Part shown: in pieces, positions 56,823 through 64,000 of the stretch
Layout: each line of letters opens with the position of its first letter
How positions within the stretch are numbered: position 1 is the stretch's first letter
Source: Acidobacteriota bacterium
GTDB lineage: Bacteria > Acidobacteriota > Thermoanaerobaculia > Multivoradales > J023
DNA length: 64,000 nt
Reading direction: 5' to 3'
Assembly (NCBI GenBank): GCA_039194425.1
Contig: JBCCVZ010000018.1
Span: forward strand, 68,164-132,163
Translations under genes and position numbers: made by a program
Notes under the pieces: model-generated
Told to the model about the DNA's origin: nothing
Seen by the model: the letters and a program-made list of their open reading frames with translations, nothing else
Databases searched by the model: none

Positions 56823-59287
56823 GGCCGGCGCCGGAGAAGCGCGAGGCCGAGCAGAACGAGCACGGTGAGGCCGGCGATCGCCAGCCCGGCGTTCCGACCA
56901 CGCGGCGTGTAAGCCAGCTCGACACGGTGATAGCCAGCGGGCACGACCACACCGCGCAGCACCTCGTCGACGCGGCCGAGATGCGCCGGCTCGCCGTCGA
57001 CCGTCACCCGCCAGCCGGGATGCCAGGTGTCGGCGATCACCAGCACCGCCGGCCGCGCGGCCCGCGTCTCGATCACGAGGCGCTCGGCGCGATCGACCAC
57101 CAGGCGCGCCGAGCCCGGTGTCTGTGGCCGACGCCGCGGCTCGAGATCGACTCCGGCAGTGCGCGCCGCGGCGAGCAGCACGCGGTCGGTGGTCGTCGCC
57201 TGACGCCGATTGTCGAGCGCCCAATCCGACGGTAGACCGGGGGCCTCGATCAAGGAGGCGAGGAACACGCGCTCTCCCGGCGCCGTCGGCGACTCGTAGA
57301 CGGTGACTCCCTGGGCGCCGAAGGCGGCGCGCCAGCCGTGACGCTCGAAGAACGTGCGGTAGGCCTCCATCTGGTGCTGCACCACAGCGAACCGACCACC
57401 GAGCAGCGCCAGCGCGTCGAGGTCGAAGCGATGGTCTTCCACCACCGACTCGACGCGCGTCACCCGGATCGCCAGAAAATGCTCGGTCTTGCCGAACCGG
57501 CGATCGAAGAACGCCCGGTACCAGCCGAGGTTGACCCCGTCGAGGCTGTCGATCTGCGGGATGCCGAACGCCGAGCCCCAGTTCGGATAGATGCCCCGCC
57601 CACCGACGTTGAGCACGCGTTCGCCCGGTCGCAGCGCCTCGGCAACGTGTGCGACGTACGGGATCGACGCCGGATCGAGCGCGGAGCGCTGGGGGCGCAG
57701 CGTGTTCATCGCGGCGAGGAGCTCGCCGACCGCGAGCAGCGCGAGCAGCAGCGCGACGCCCGATCGCCATCGAGGGCGCCAGCGCAGCACGACCACCGCC
57801 GCCAGAGCGCAGGCGGCGAACACCAACAGCCAGCGCAGCCCCGCCGCCAACATCACGTCGCGCGGCCAGCCCAAGCGCCCGTAGAGAAAGGCGAACCACA
57901 GGCCGACGATGGCGAAGAACGCCAGCGTGGGGATCCGGCGCACTGTGTTCGCCGAGATGCGATCGATGCCGAAAGCCAAGAGCACTACCGAGGGCAGCGC
58001 GATCAGCAAGCTCCAGTATTGGTGGCTGATCTTCCCGAAGACCGGCGCATGCTCGGTCAGGGTCAGCGGGAAGAGACCGAAGACGCGGGCCAGGCCACAG
58101 ACTGCGAGCAGCGCCGCCGCCCACACCACCGGCTGCTGGCGAAGCTCGCCGTCCGCTGCGCCGCGAGACGATCCACGACGCCCTGCACCCGCGCCACCGA
58201 GCGCCTGCAGCGCGAGGAACGTGGCGAGCACACCGAGATGGAAGATCCGGGTGCCTTCGATCATCGTCAAAGGCAGCACCTGGTAGTCGACCTCGACGCT
58301 GGCGCGGAAGCCGCCGTAGGAGCGCCAGAAGTGCTCCGGTGCGAGCAGCGACAGGGCCGCCACCGGCGATGCGACCTCGAAGGTGCGGGCGTCGTAGTCG
58401 CCCCAGGCAGCCAGCGGTACGCTGGCCAGAATCGGCAGCCAGAGCGGCAGCAGCAGCAGGAACGCAACAAGAATCGGCAGGACTTGTCGCACCGCACGGT
58501 ACCCGACCGCGACCGCCGAGGGCCGATCTCGCCAGGTCACCAGGCACAACGAATGGACCGCGAGGAGCGCCAGGATCGTCGTCGGCAAAAAGGTCTCGAG
58601 TAGCATCGCCACTGCCGCGGCCGTGCCCAGCGCGAAGCGAACCGCCGTCGGTCGCTCGGCGTGGCGCAGCAGAGCGAAGAGCAGAATGGGCGCCAGCAGG
58701 TACGCGTGCACCATCTGCGCGCCGAGCATGCTGGTGTGGAAGCCGGTGAGGAGGAAGGCGAAGCAGGCGGCGAGCGACGCCATCAGGCTGCGCCGCCAGT
58801 GCTCGCGCAGCGTGCGGAAGAGACAGTAGACCGCGATCCAGAAGACCAGCAGGAGCACGGCGTGCAGGGCTCCCGTGCCGGCGCCGAGCAGCGCCGTCGC
58901 CACCGTGATCACCGACAGCTGCGCCGACGCCAGACGCTCCGGACCATGCGTGCCGGCGGCCGACCAGGGATTCCAGTCGATCCCCTCGCCCGTCGTCCAC
59001 GCGCGATGCAAAAACCGCTGCGCCGGCTCGAGCTGCCAGGCGGCGGCCCCGAGGTCGCGGTAGCCATGCCACACCTTGCGCTCCGCCGGCTCGGGCAGCC
59101 AGGCGCTGGCCTCCGGCCGCGGCTCGAAGATCTGGAGCACGCGCGAATTGCGAATCGACGCGCCGCCGAACACCAGGTCAGGGAAGACCGCGACAACCAC
59201 CAGCGCGGCAGCCAGCCACGAGACCAGCCATCTCTCACGCCACCAGACGCTTCGCCGGCGCCGCGCCCGGCCGGTCGCCGTGGTCAC
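56810..59287 (-). CDS. YfhO-like / GT-C-like polytopic membrane protein (putative polymer glycosyl- or phospho-transferase)
   Basis: About 825 aa if started at the GTG (59287) that overlaps the upstream FAD-oxidoreductase stop in a GTGA. It has at least 12 predicted TM helices in the N-terminal two-thirds, a large extracytoplasmic domain, and a single C-terminal TM (LAIAGLTVLVLLGLALLRR) typical of the YfhO family. The competing frame 56457-59072 is RG-rich low complexity. Confidence 0.5.
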   Translation of the reverse strand: MTTATGRARRRRSVWWRERWLVSWLAAALVVVAVFPDLVFGGASIRNSRVLQIFEPRPEASAWLPEPAERKVWHGYRDLGAAAWQLEPAQRFLHRAWTTGEGIDWNPWSAAGTHGPERLASAQLSVITVATALLGAGTGALHAVLLLVFWIAVYCLFRTLREHWRRSLMASLAACFAFLLTGFHTSMLGAQMVHAYLLAPILLFALLRHAERPTAVRFALGTAAAVAMLLETFLPTTILALLAVHSLCLVTWRDRPSAVAVGYRAVRQVLPILVAFLLLLPLWLPILASVPLAAWGDYDARTFEVASPVAALSLLAPEHFWRSYGGFRASVEVDYQVLPLTMIEGTRIFHLGVLATFLALQALGGAGAGRRGSSRGAADGELRQQPVVWAAALLAVCGLARVFGLFPLTLTEHAPVFGKISHQYWSLLIALPSVVLLAFGIDRISANTVRRIPTLAFFAIVGLWFAFLYGRLGWPRDVMLAAGLRWLLVFAACALAAVVVLRWRPRWRSGVALLLALLAVGELLAAMNTLRPQRSALDPASIPYVAHVAEALRPGERVLNVGGRGIYPNWGSAFGIPQIDSLDGVNLGWYRAFFDRRFGKTEHFLAIRVTRVESVVEDHRFDLDALALLGGRFAVVQHQMEAYRTFFERHGWRAAFGAQGVTVYESPTAPGERVFLASLIEAPGLPSDWALDNRRQATTTDRVLLAAARTAGVDLEPRRRPQTPGSARLVVDRAERLVIETRAARPAVLVIADTWHPGWRVTVDGEPAHLGRVDEVLRGVVVPAGYHRVELAYTPRGRNAGLAIAGLTVLVLLGLALLRRRPQSM

Positions 59288-60615
59288 GGCGTGGCCTCGC
59301 TCCGTGTCTCCGCCGCGAGCACCCGCTCGACGGCGGCGTGTGCGAGGTCGATGGTGCCACTGATCGTGCGGTCGGACGGGTAGAGCTGGCTCGACTCGAC
59401 CAGGTAGAGACCGCGGAACGGCGTCTCGTGGCCCGGCACGCGCTCGGCAAAGCCGGCCGGGCACACGACCTGCGCGAACGGATCGCGCGACACCGCCGCG
59501 GAGAGCACGTCGTCGTCGGCGAGCGCCGGCTGGATCAGGCGCAGCGCCTCGACGCATTCGGCGATCAAGGAGTCGTCGTCGCGCCGGTAGCGAGGATCCT
59601 CGCGCGGCAAGTAGTAGGGCACGTAGACGATGCTCGAGCCGTCGGGCGTGATCTCGGGATTCAGGTTGGTGTACTCGATCACCCCGTTGAACGAGATCCG
59701 CGGGTCGTCGACATTCGTCCAGAAGTTCTCGCTGATCGGCCGGCGCAGGCGCAGCACGACGCACACCACGGCGAGGAACTCGTGGGTCGCCAGCTCGTCG
59801 AGCCAGGGATCGTCGACATGCTCCAGGAGGCGATGGAACACCGGCAGCGGCACGGCCGAGAGCATGTGGTCGAACCGGCGCGGCGACGAGTCACCGGCGA
59901 GCGACACTCCGACGGCGCGCCGGTCCTCGATCAGAATCCGCTCGGCCGGCGTTTCGCGGTGGACGGTGACGTCGAGCGCGCCGAGCCGCGCTTCGAGCGC
60001 ATCGACCAAGGTCTGCGTGCCGCCGACCAGGTGGCCGAGTCGTTCCTTGTGGAAGAGCGTCTTGCGCGAGCGGGCGACGCGGTGGATGCGATGCCAGACC
60101 CAGGCGGCCGAGATCTGGTCGTGGACGCCGGGAAACTTGCGGCTGAGCAGCGGGTACCACGTGGCGCGGTAGGCGCTCTCGCCCATCATCGAGATCAGCC
60201 ACGGCTCCGCGCGCCGCGCGTCGAGAGGCCGCCAATCTTCGATCCACGAGGCATAGAGAGCCGACAGCCCGTAGCGGATGCGGCCGAGCAGCGAGGTGCC
60301 GCCGAATCGCAGCAGATCGAGGCTGCTCGAGAACGGATAGAGCCGACCGTGAAAGTAGTAGCCCATGCGCGTCGTGCGCCAGCGCAAGGACTCGCTCAGG
60401 TCGAGCTCTTCGAGCAGATCGAAATAGCCTTGGTCGACGCCACACAGAAAATGGTAGTAGCGCTCGATGGTGACGTCGTCGAGCTCGAACGAACGCGCCA
60501 GCCCACCAAGCTCCGGCGCCGCCTCGAACAGGTGCACGGAGAGCCCGGAGCGCGCCAGACGAAGTGCGGCGGCCAGGCCCGCCGGGCCCGCGCCGAGAAT
60601 GCCGATGGATGCCAT
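59284..60615 (-). CDS. FAD-dependent oxidoreductase (amine-oxidase / PPOX / UDP-galactopyranose-mutase-like Rossmann fold)
   Basis: Start at the internal Met MASIGILGAGPAGLAAALRLARSGLSVHLFEAAPELGGLARSF (GxGxxG + EA...GG dinucleotide motif). Its stop is coupled to the YfhO-like start. Confidence 0.7.
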   Translation of the reverse strand: MASIGILGAGPAGLAAALRLARSGLSVHLFEAAPELGGLARSFELDDVTIERYYHFLCGVDQGYFDLLEELDLSESLRWRTTRMGYYFHGRLYPFSSSLDLLRFGGTSLLGRIRYGLSALYASWIEDWRPLDARRAEPWLISMMGESAYRATWYPLLSRKFPGVHDQISAAWVWHRIHRVARSRKTLFHKERLGHLVGGTQTLVDALEARLGALDVTVHRETPAERILIEDRRAVGVSLAGDSSPRRFDHMLSAVPLPVFHRLLEHVDDPWLDELATHEFLAVVCVVLRLRRPISENFWTNVDDPRISFNGVIEYTNLNPEITPDGSSIVYVPYYLPREDPRYRRDDDSLIAECVEALRLIQPALADDDVLSAAVSRDPFAQVVCPAGFAERVPGHETPFRGLYLVESSQLYPSDRTISGTIDLAHAAVERVLAAETRSEATP

Positions 60616-60695
60616 GGATAGGTTGCGGAACGGTGTGTCGCGTCGCGGCAAGATATCGCACCCCTCTCACATTCCCAAGCCGATATGCTCGACGC

Positions 60696-61700
60696 ATGAG
60701 CACGCCGACGCCCCCAGGATCCGGCACCGAGGCCCCGGCGGTCACCGTCTTCATCCCGACCTGGAACGGCGGCCACGAGCTGCACGAAACGCTCGAGGCG
60801 GTGCGTGCGCAAGAGCTCGATCGACCGTTCGAGATCTTCGTCATCGACTCGAGCTCGAACGACGGGAGCTGGCAGCTGCTCGACCGACTCGACGTGCGCC
60901 GCCAGCGGATCGCGCAGCGCGACTTCGATCACGGCGCGACGCGCAACCAGGCGATCCGCGAGGCGCGCGGCGAGATCGTCGCGCTGCTGTCGCAAGACGC
61001 CACGCCGGCCGACGCGCACTGGCTGCAGCCTCTGGTCGACGCCTTCGACGATCCGCGGGTCGCCGGCGCCTACAGCCGGCAGCTGCCGCGCGCCGACGCC
61101 AGCCCGCTGATCAAGAGCCGGCTCGAGGCCTGGGCGGCGTCGCGCACTGAGCGCGCCGAGCAGCACATCGCTTCGGCCGAAGCGCTGGAGGCCCTGCCGC
61201 CGCTCGAGCGCATGCAGCGCTCGATCTTCGACAACGTCTCCTCCGCCGTCCGCCGTAGCGTCGCGCTCGAGCTACCGTTCGAGCGTCGGCGCTTCGGCGA
61301 AGACATCGCCTGGGGGCGCCGCGCCATTCTCGCCGGCCACACCCTGGTCTTCGAGCCGCGCTCGCGCGTCGTCCACTCGCACAATCGCTCGAGCCTCTAC
61401 GCGCTGCGCCGCACCTATCTCGACCATCAGAACTTGCACGGCCTGTTCGACATCCGCACCGTGCCCGACGGCGCGACGCTCCGCCACAGCGTCCGCTGGG
61501 AGCTGCGCACCGGCCTCGACGCGGTGCGCGAGGATCCGCGCCTCGGACCCGTCGGCCGGCTCGCCTGGTCGGCGCGCGCGTTGCCCCACGCAGTCGCCGC
61601 CAGCCTCGGGCAGTACCTTGGCGGCCGATCGGCCGACGCGCTCGCGCGCCGCGCGCGCGCAGCGCGCTGGATCGACGCCTGGATGGCGCGCGGCGTGTAG
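60696..61700 (+). CDS. family-2 glycosyltransferase
   Basis: ATG at 60696 (MSTPTPP). GT-A motifs are VTVFIPTWNGGHELHETLEAVRAQ, the DxD-like FVIDSSSNDGS, and LSQDATP. It is divergent from the FAD oxidoreductase. Confidence 0.8.
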   Translation: MSTPTPPGSGTEAPAVTVFIPTWNGGHELHETLEAVRAQELDRPFEIFVIDSSSNDGSWQLLDRLDVRRQRIAQRDFDHGATRNQAIREARGEIVALLSQDATPADAHWLQPLVDAFDDPRVAGAYSRQLPRADASPLIKSRLEAWAASRTERAEQHIASAEALEALPPLERMQRSIFDNVSSAVRRSVALELPFERRRFGEDIAWGRRAILAGHTLVFEPRSRVVHSHNRSSLYALRRTYLDHQNLHGLFDIRTVPDGATLRHSVRWELRTGLDAVREDPRLGPVGRLAWSARALPHAVAASLGQYLGGRSADALARRARAARWIDAWMARGV

Positions 61701-61710
61701 CGGGTCCTGA

Positions 61711-63849
61711 CTAGTCCGCCGCGGCGGCGAGCTCCTCGAGCAGCCGACCGTGGCGTTTGCTGAACAGCCACCGATTGTAGAGCGCGGTCCAGTCGTTGCG
61801 CCGCCAACCCCAGCCGTCGTTGCGCGTTTGGCCCTCGAGGTGCACCATGTCGACCTCGGCACACAGCAAGGTGCCGTGCCCCGCAGCGCGCGCGCGCAGG
61901 CAGAGGTCGTAGTCCTCGAAGTCGCCGACGGCGTAGCGGCGAGCGTAGCCACCGAGCTCCTCATAGAGCGCACGATCGATCATCAGGCAGGCGGCCGAGG
62001 CGGCGATCACCTCGCCGCTCTGCCGAGCACCCGCCCACGACGGCGGCAGGCCCTTCATCGGTTCGATCGCCTGCCACAGGTCGAACGCTCCGCCGTCGCG
62101 CCGGAAGCGAGCCCCGCGGCTCTGGATCGAGCCGTCTTCGTAGAGCAGACGCGGCGCGGTCAGGCCACCGTGCTCCCGGTGCGCGGCGACCAGCCGCGGC
62201 AACCAGCCCGCCTCCAGGGGCACCACGTCGTCGTGCAGGAAGAGCAGCAGCTCTCCACGCGCCGTCTGAGCCGCGGCATGTGACGACGCCGCGATGCCGG
62301 CGCCCTGCGGTAGGGAAACAATGCGCAGCGCCGGCGTGTAGTAGAGCCGGCTCAGGTCGTCGAGAAGCGTCTCGAGCTCGCGCGCCTGCCGCGGCTCGTC
62401 GATGGCGAAGACGATCTCGGTCTCGTCGAGCGCTCGATCATCCGAGAGCACCGCCAGAAAGGGCTCGACCATCTCGAACGTCCCCAGAGGCACGATCAGG
62501 CTCACCTCGGGATCGCTCGATCCGTCGACTCCGATGTCGTGGACCCGAGGCTCTCCGCAGGCCGCGACACAGCGCGTGGCGAGTGCCTCGAGCGCCGGCG
62601 CGAGAATCGTCTCGACCAGCTCGAGCGGCCTCTCCGCCTCGGCCGGCAGCGAGAAGAGCAGGAAGTGACGCGCCAAGAACGGATCGTGCACGGCGGGCCC
62701 AGGAGCCGCGAGCAACGGCTGTCGGCGATCGCGGAAGTGCAGCTCGAAGCGCGGCTGCCGCGCCGCGGCCGCGCCTGTGCCGGTGGCGAACGGCAACAGG
62801 GCGATGAAGCCGAAGTCGACACTCTCGGCCAGCTCACCGAAGTGCTGGCGGTAGACCTCGCGCACGTCGGGCCGCGACAGCATGCGCCAATGATCGCGGA
62901 TCTCGATCGACTCGCCGACCGCGGGCACCAGCTCGAACGACTCGACCTGGTGATCGAAGTCGACGCACCAGCCCTGGAGAAAGACCCACGAGTCATCGAG
63001 CACGAGGAAGCGATCGAGGCACAGGCCGAAGGGCAGCGCCGGATCGCCGATGTAGGCGGGCAGCGGCCGGCGCCACGATGGATCCGGGCTCGGTGCGAGC
63101 TCCGACCGCGGCGCTGCCGGTGCGGCCTTTGTCCGACCGAGCGCGGAGCCGGCGCTCACCGGCTCGGGCGCGGGCTCGGAACTTCGAACGCCGAGCGGCA
63201 GCGCCTCCGCCGCGGACGTGGCCACTACAGACCCGTCGCGCGCATCCGCTCCTGCCGTGCCCTCCGGCTCGGGGTCGAGGGAGATCTCCCGGTGCGCCGC
63301 GAGACGATGCGCAGCGGCAAGGGCGCGCTCGGCGATCGGATCGCCCTCCGCCGCCGGCTCGGCCACTTGCTCGACGACGAACCGGCACAGGTCGCTGAAC
63401 GCCTCGACCGAGGTGCATCCGGCCAGGTACTCGAGGTGCTCGACGACATCGGGCGCGATGCCGGCACCGCCGCGGCGGGTCCAGCGGTACCAGGTGCTCT
63501 CCGGGCGCACCCAAAGTTCCAGATCGTGCGGCGCCGACTCGTCCGTGTCGGACGGGCCGATGGGCACGACGAGCACCTGCGCGGCAGCTCCGGCAAAGCC
63601 GACCAGGTCGAAGCGCGACCAATAAACGCGCGCCGCCGACGCTTCGCCGCTCCGTTCGCCGGCGGTCCAGCGAACCGCCAGCTCGTCACCGGGACTGGTG
63701 GTCAACCAGCCCGACACCCAAATCATCGAGCGCGACAACCAAGTACAGATCTCGACCGCCCCCTCGGGCGCCGAGGCCGACCGCCACAGAGGAACTCCGC
63801 CCGACGACAGGCGATAGCGATAGCGGGCGGGCAGCAGAAGTCCGAGCAT
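61711..63849 (-). CDS. large glycosyltransferase: about 400-aa N-terminal domain of unknown function + C-terminal GT2 (GT-A) domain
   Basis: The start at Met MLGLLLP (63849) overlaps the stop of an upstream gene (TGATG). The C-terminal region has SLIVPLGTFEMVEPFLAVL, LFLHDDVVP (DxD) and a CLMIDRALYEELGGY-type acceptor loop. Confidence 0.7.
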   Translation of the reverse strand: MLGLLLPARYRYRLSSGGVPLWRSASAPEGAVEICTWLSRSMIWVSGWLTTSPGDELAVRWTAGERSGEASAARVYWSRFDLVGFAGAAAQVLVVPIGPSDTDESAPHDLELWVRPESTWYRWTRRGGAGIAPDVVEHLEYLAGCTSVEAFSDLCRFVVEQVAEPAAEGDPIAERALAAAHRLAAHREISLDPEPEGTAGADARDGSVVATSAAEALPLGVRSSEPAPEPVSAGSALGRTKAAPAAPRSELAPSPDPSWRRPLPAYIGDPALPFGLCLDRFLVLDDSWVFLQGWCVDFDHQVESFELVPAVGESIEIRDHWRMLSRPDVREVYRQHFGELAESVDFGFIALLPFATGTGAAAARQPRFELHFRDRRQPLLAAPGPAVHDPFLARHFLLFSLPAEAERPLELVETILAPALEALATRCVAACGEPRVHDIGVDGSSDPEVSLIVPLGTFEMVEPFLAVLSDDRALDETEIVFAIDEPRQARELETLLDDLSRLYYTPALRIVSLPQGAGIAASSHAAAQTARGELLLFLHDDVVPLEAGWLPRLVAAHREHGGLTAPRLLYEDGSIQSRGARFRRDGGAFDLWQAIEPMKGLPPSWAGARQSGEVIAASAACLMIDRALYEELGGYARRYAVGDFEDYDLCLRARAAGHGTLLCAEVDMVHLEGQTRNDGWGWRRNDWTALYNRWLFSKRHGRLLEELAAAAD

Positions 63850-64000
63850 CACGCCACCTTGCGCCGCGCCGCCAGCTCTCGGTAGAGCTCGGCGTGGAAG
63901 TCGACCGTCTCGGCCATGGTGTAGACCGGGCGGATGCCGTCGCGCAGCCGGCGCCACAGCTCCGGCGAACCGGCCGCGGTGCGCATGGTGGCGGCCAGGC
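63849..64000 (-). CDS. 3' end of an upstream gene running off the window (C-terminal about 50 aa)
   Basis: The minus-strand frame reads ...LAATMRTAAGSPELWRRLRDGIRPVYTMAETVDFHAELYRELAARRKVA-stop, and the stop overlaps the start of the GT2 gene. The family is not identifiable from the fragment. Confidence 0.35.
   Translation of the reverse strand, partial: LAATMRTAAGSPELWRRLRDGIRPVYTMAETVDFHAELYRELAARRKVA

Noticed and set aside
56457-59072. 871-aa ORF on the minus strand overlapping the YfhO-like gene in another frame
   Set aside because: The translation is dominated by R/A/G/P runs with no hydrophobic helices. The 56810-59764 frame encodes at least 12 clean TM segments and a C-terminal TM, so that frame is the real one.

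Overview
This 64-kb window is high-GC (roughly 68-70%) bacterial chromosomal DNA, densely coding on both strands, with about 50 supportable protein genes. By eye I found no rRNA, tRNA, CRISPR array, transposase or integrase. The six-frame track is full of long Arg/Ala/Gly-rich antisense ORFs typical of high-GC DNA, which I ignored. The track also starts ORFs at the most upstream ATG/GTG/TTG, so several true starts are internal; where I propose one, it is usually supported by a 4-bp ATGA/GTGA overlap with the upstream gene or by a signal peptide. Regulatory coordinates read by eye may be off by 1-2 bp.

- **0-16 kb, mostly housekeeping:** a truncated RelE/ParE toxin at the left edge; a MiaB/MtaB-like methylthiotransferase; coaD; a secreted S55-type peptidase; TsaC/YrdC; recN; an FHA-GGDEF diguanylate cyclase; an operon of a BoxB-like di-iron oxygenase, proline dehydrogenase and proC; a GNAT acetyltransferase; lipA; and a SAM methyltransferase.
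- **16-40 kb, accessory:** a duplicated FtsX-type permease; a TetR-controlled SDR / sulfotransferase / DUF1214 cluster with shared palindromic operators; a ricin-type lectin with a membrane-protein partner; a 1100-aa secreted protein combining an M23 peptidase with thrombospondin-3-like Asp repeats; cueR-copA; a DUF418 membrane protein with a 15-bp in-frame tandem repeat; a cNMP-binding thioredoxin-reductase-like fusion; a VapBC-like toxin-antitoxin pair; and a cysteine-synthase family gene.
- **40-53 kb, the most unusual region:** a roughly 950-aa protein with a DUF4062 N-terminus and a degenerate nucleotide-cyclase-like core, divergent from a CRTAC1/ASPIC-UnbV + TPR pair. It is followed by three tandem paralogous secreted proteins, each ending in a phage-tailspike-like self-cleaving chaperone domain.
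- **53-64 kb, a putative envelope glycopolymer-decoration locus:** two sulfatase-like lipoproteins whose signature is TxPxH rather than CxPxR, a YfhO-like polytopic membrane protein translationally coupled to an FAD oxidoreductase, and two family-2 glycosyltransferases.
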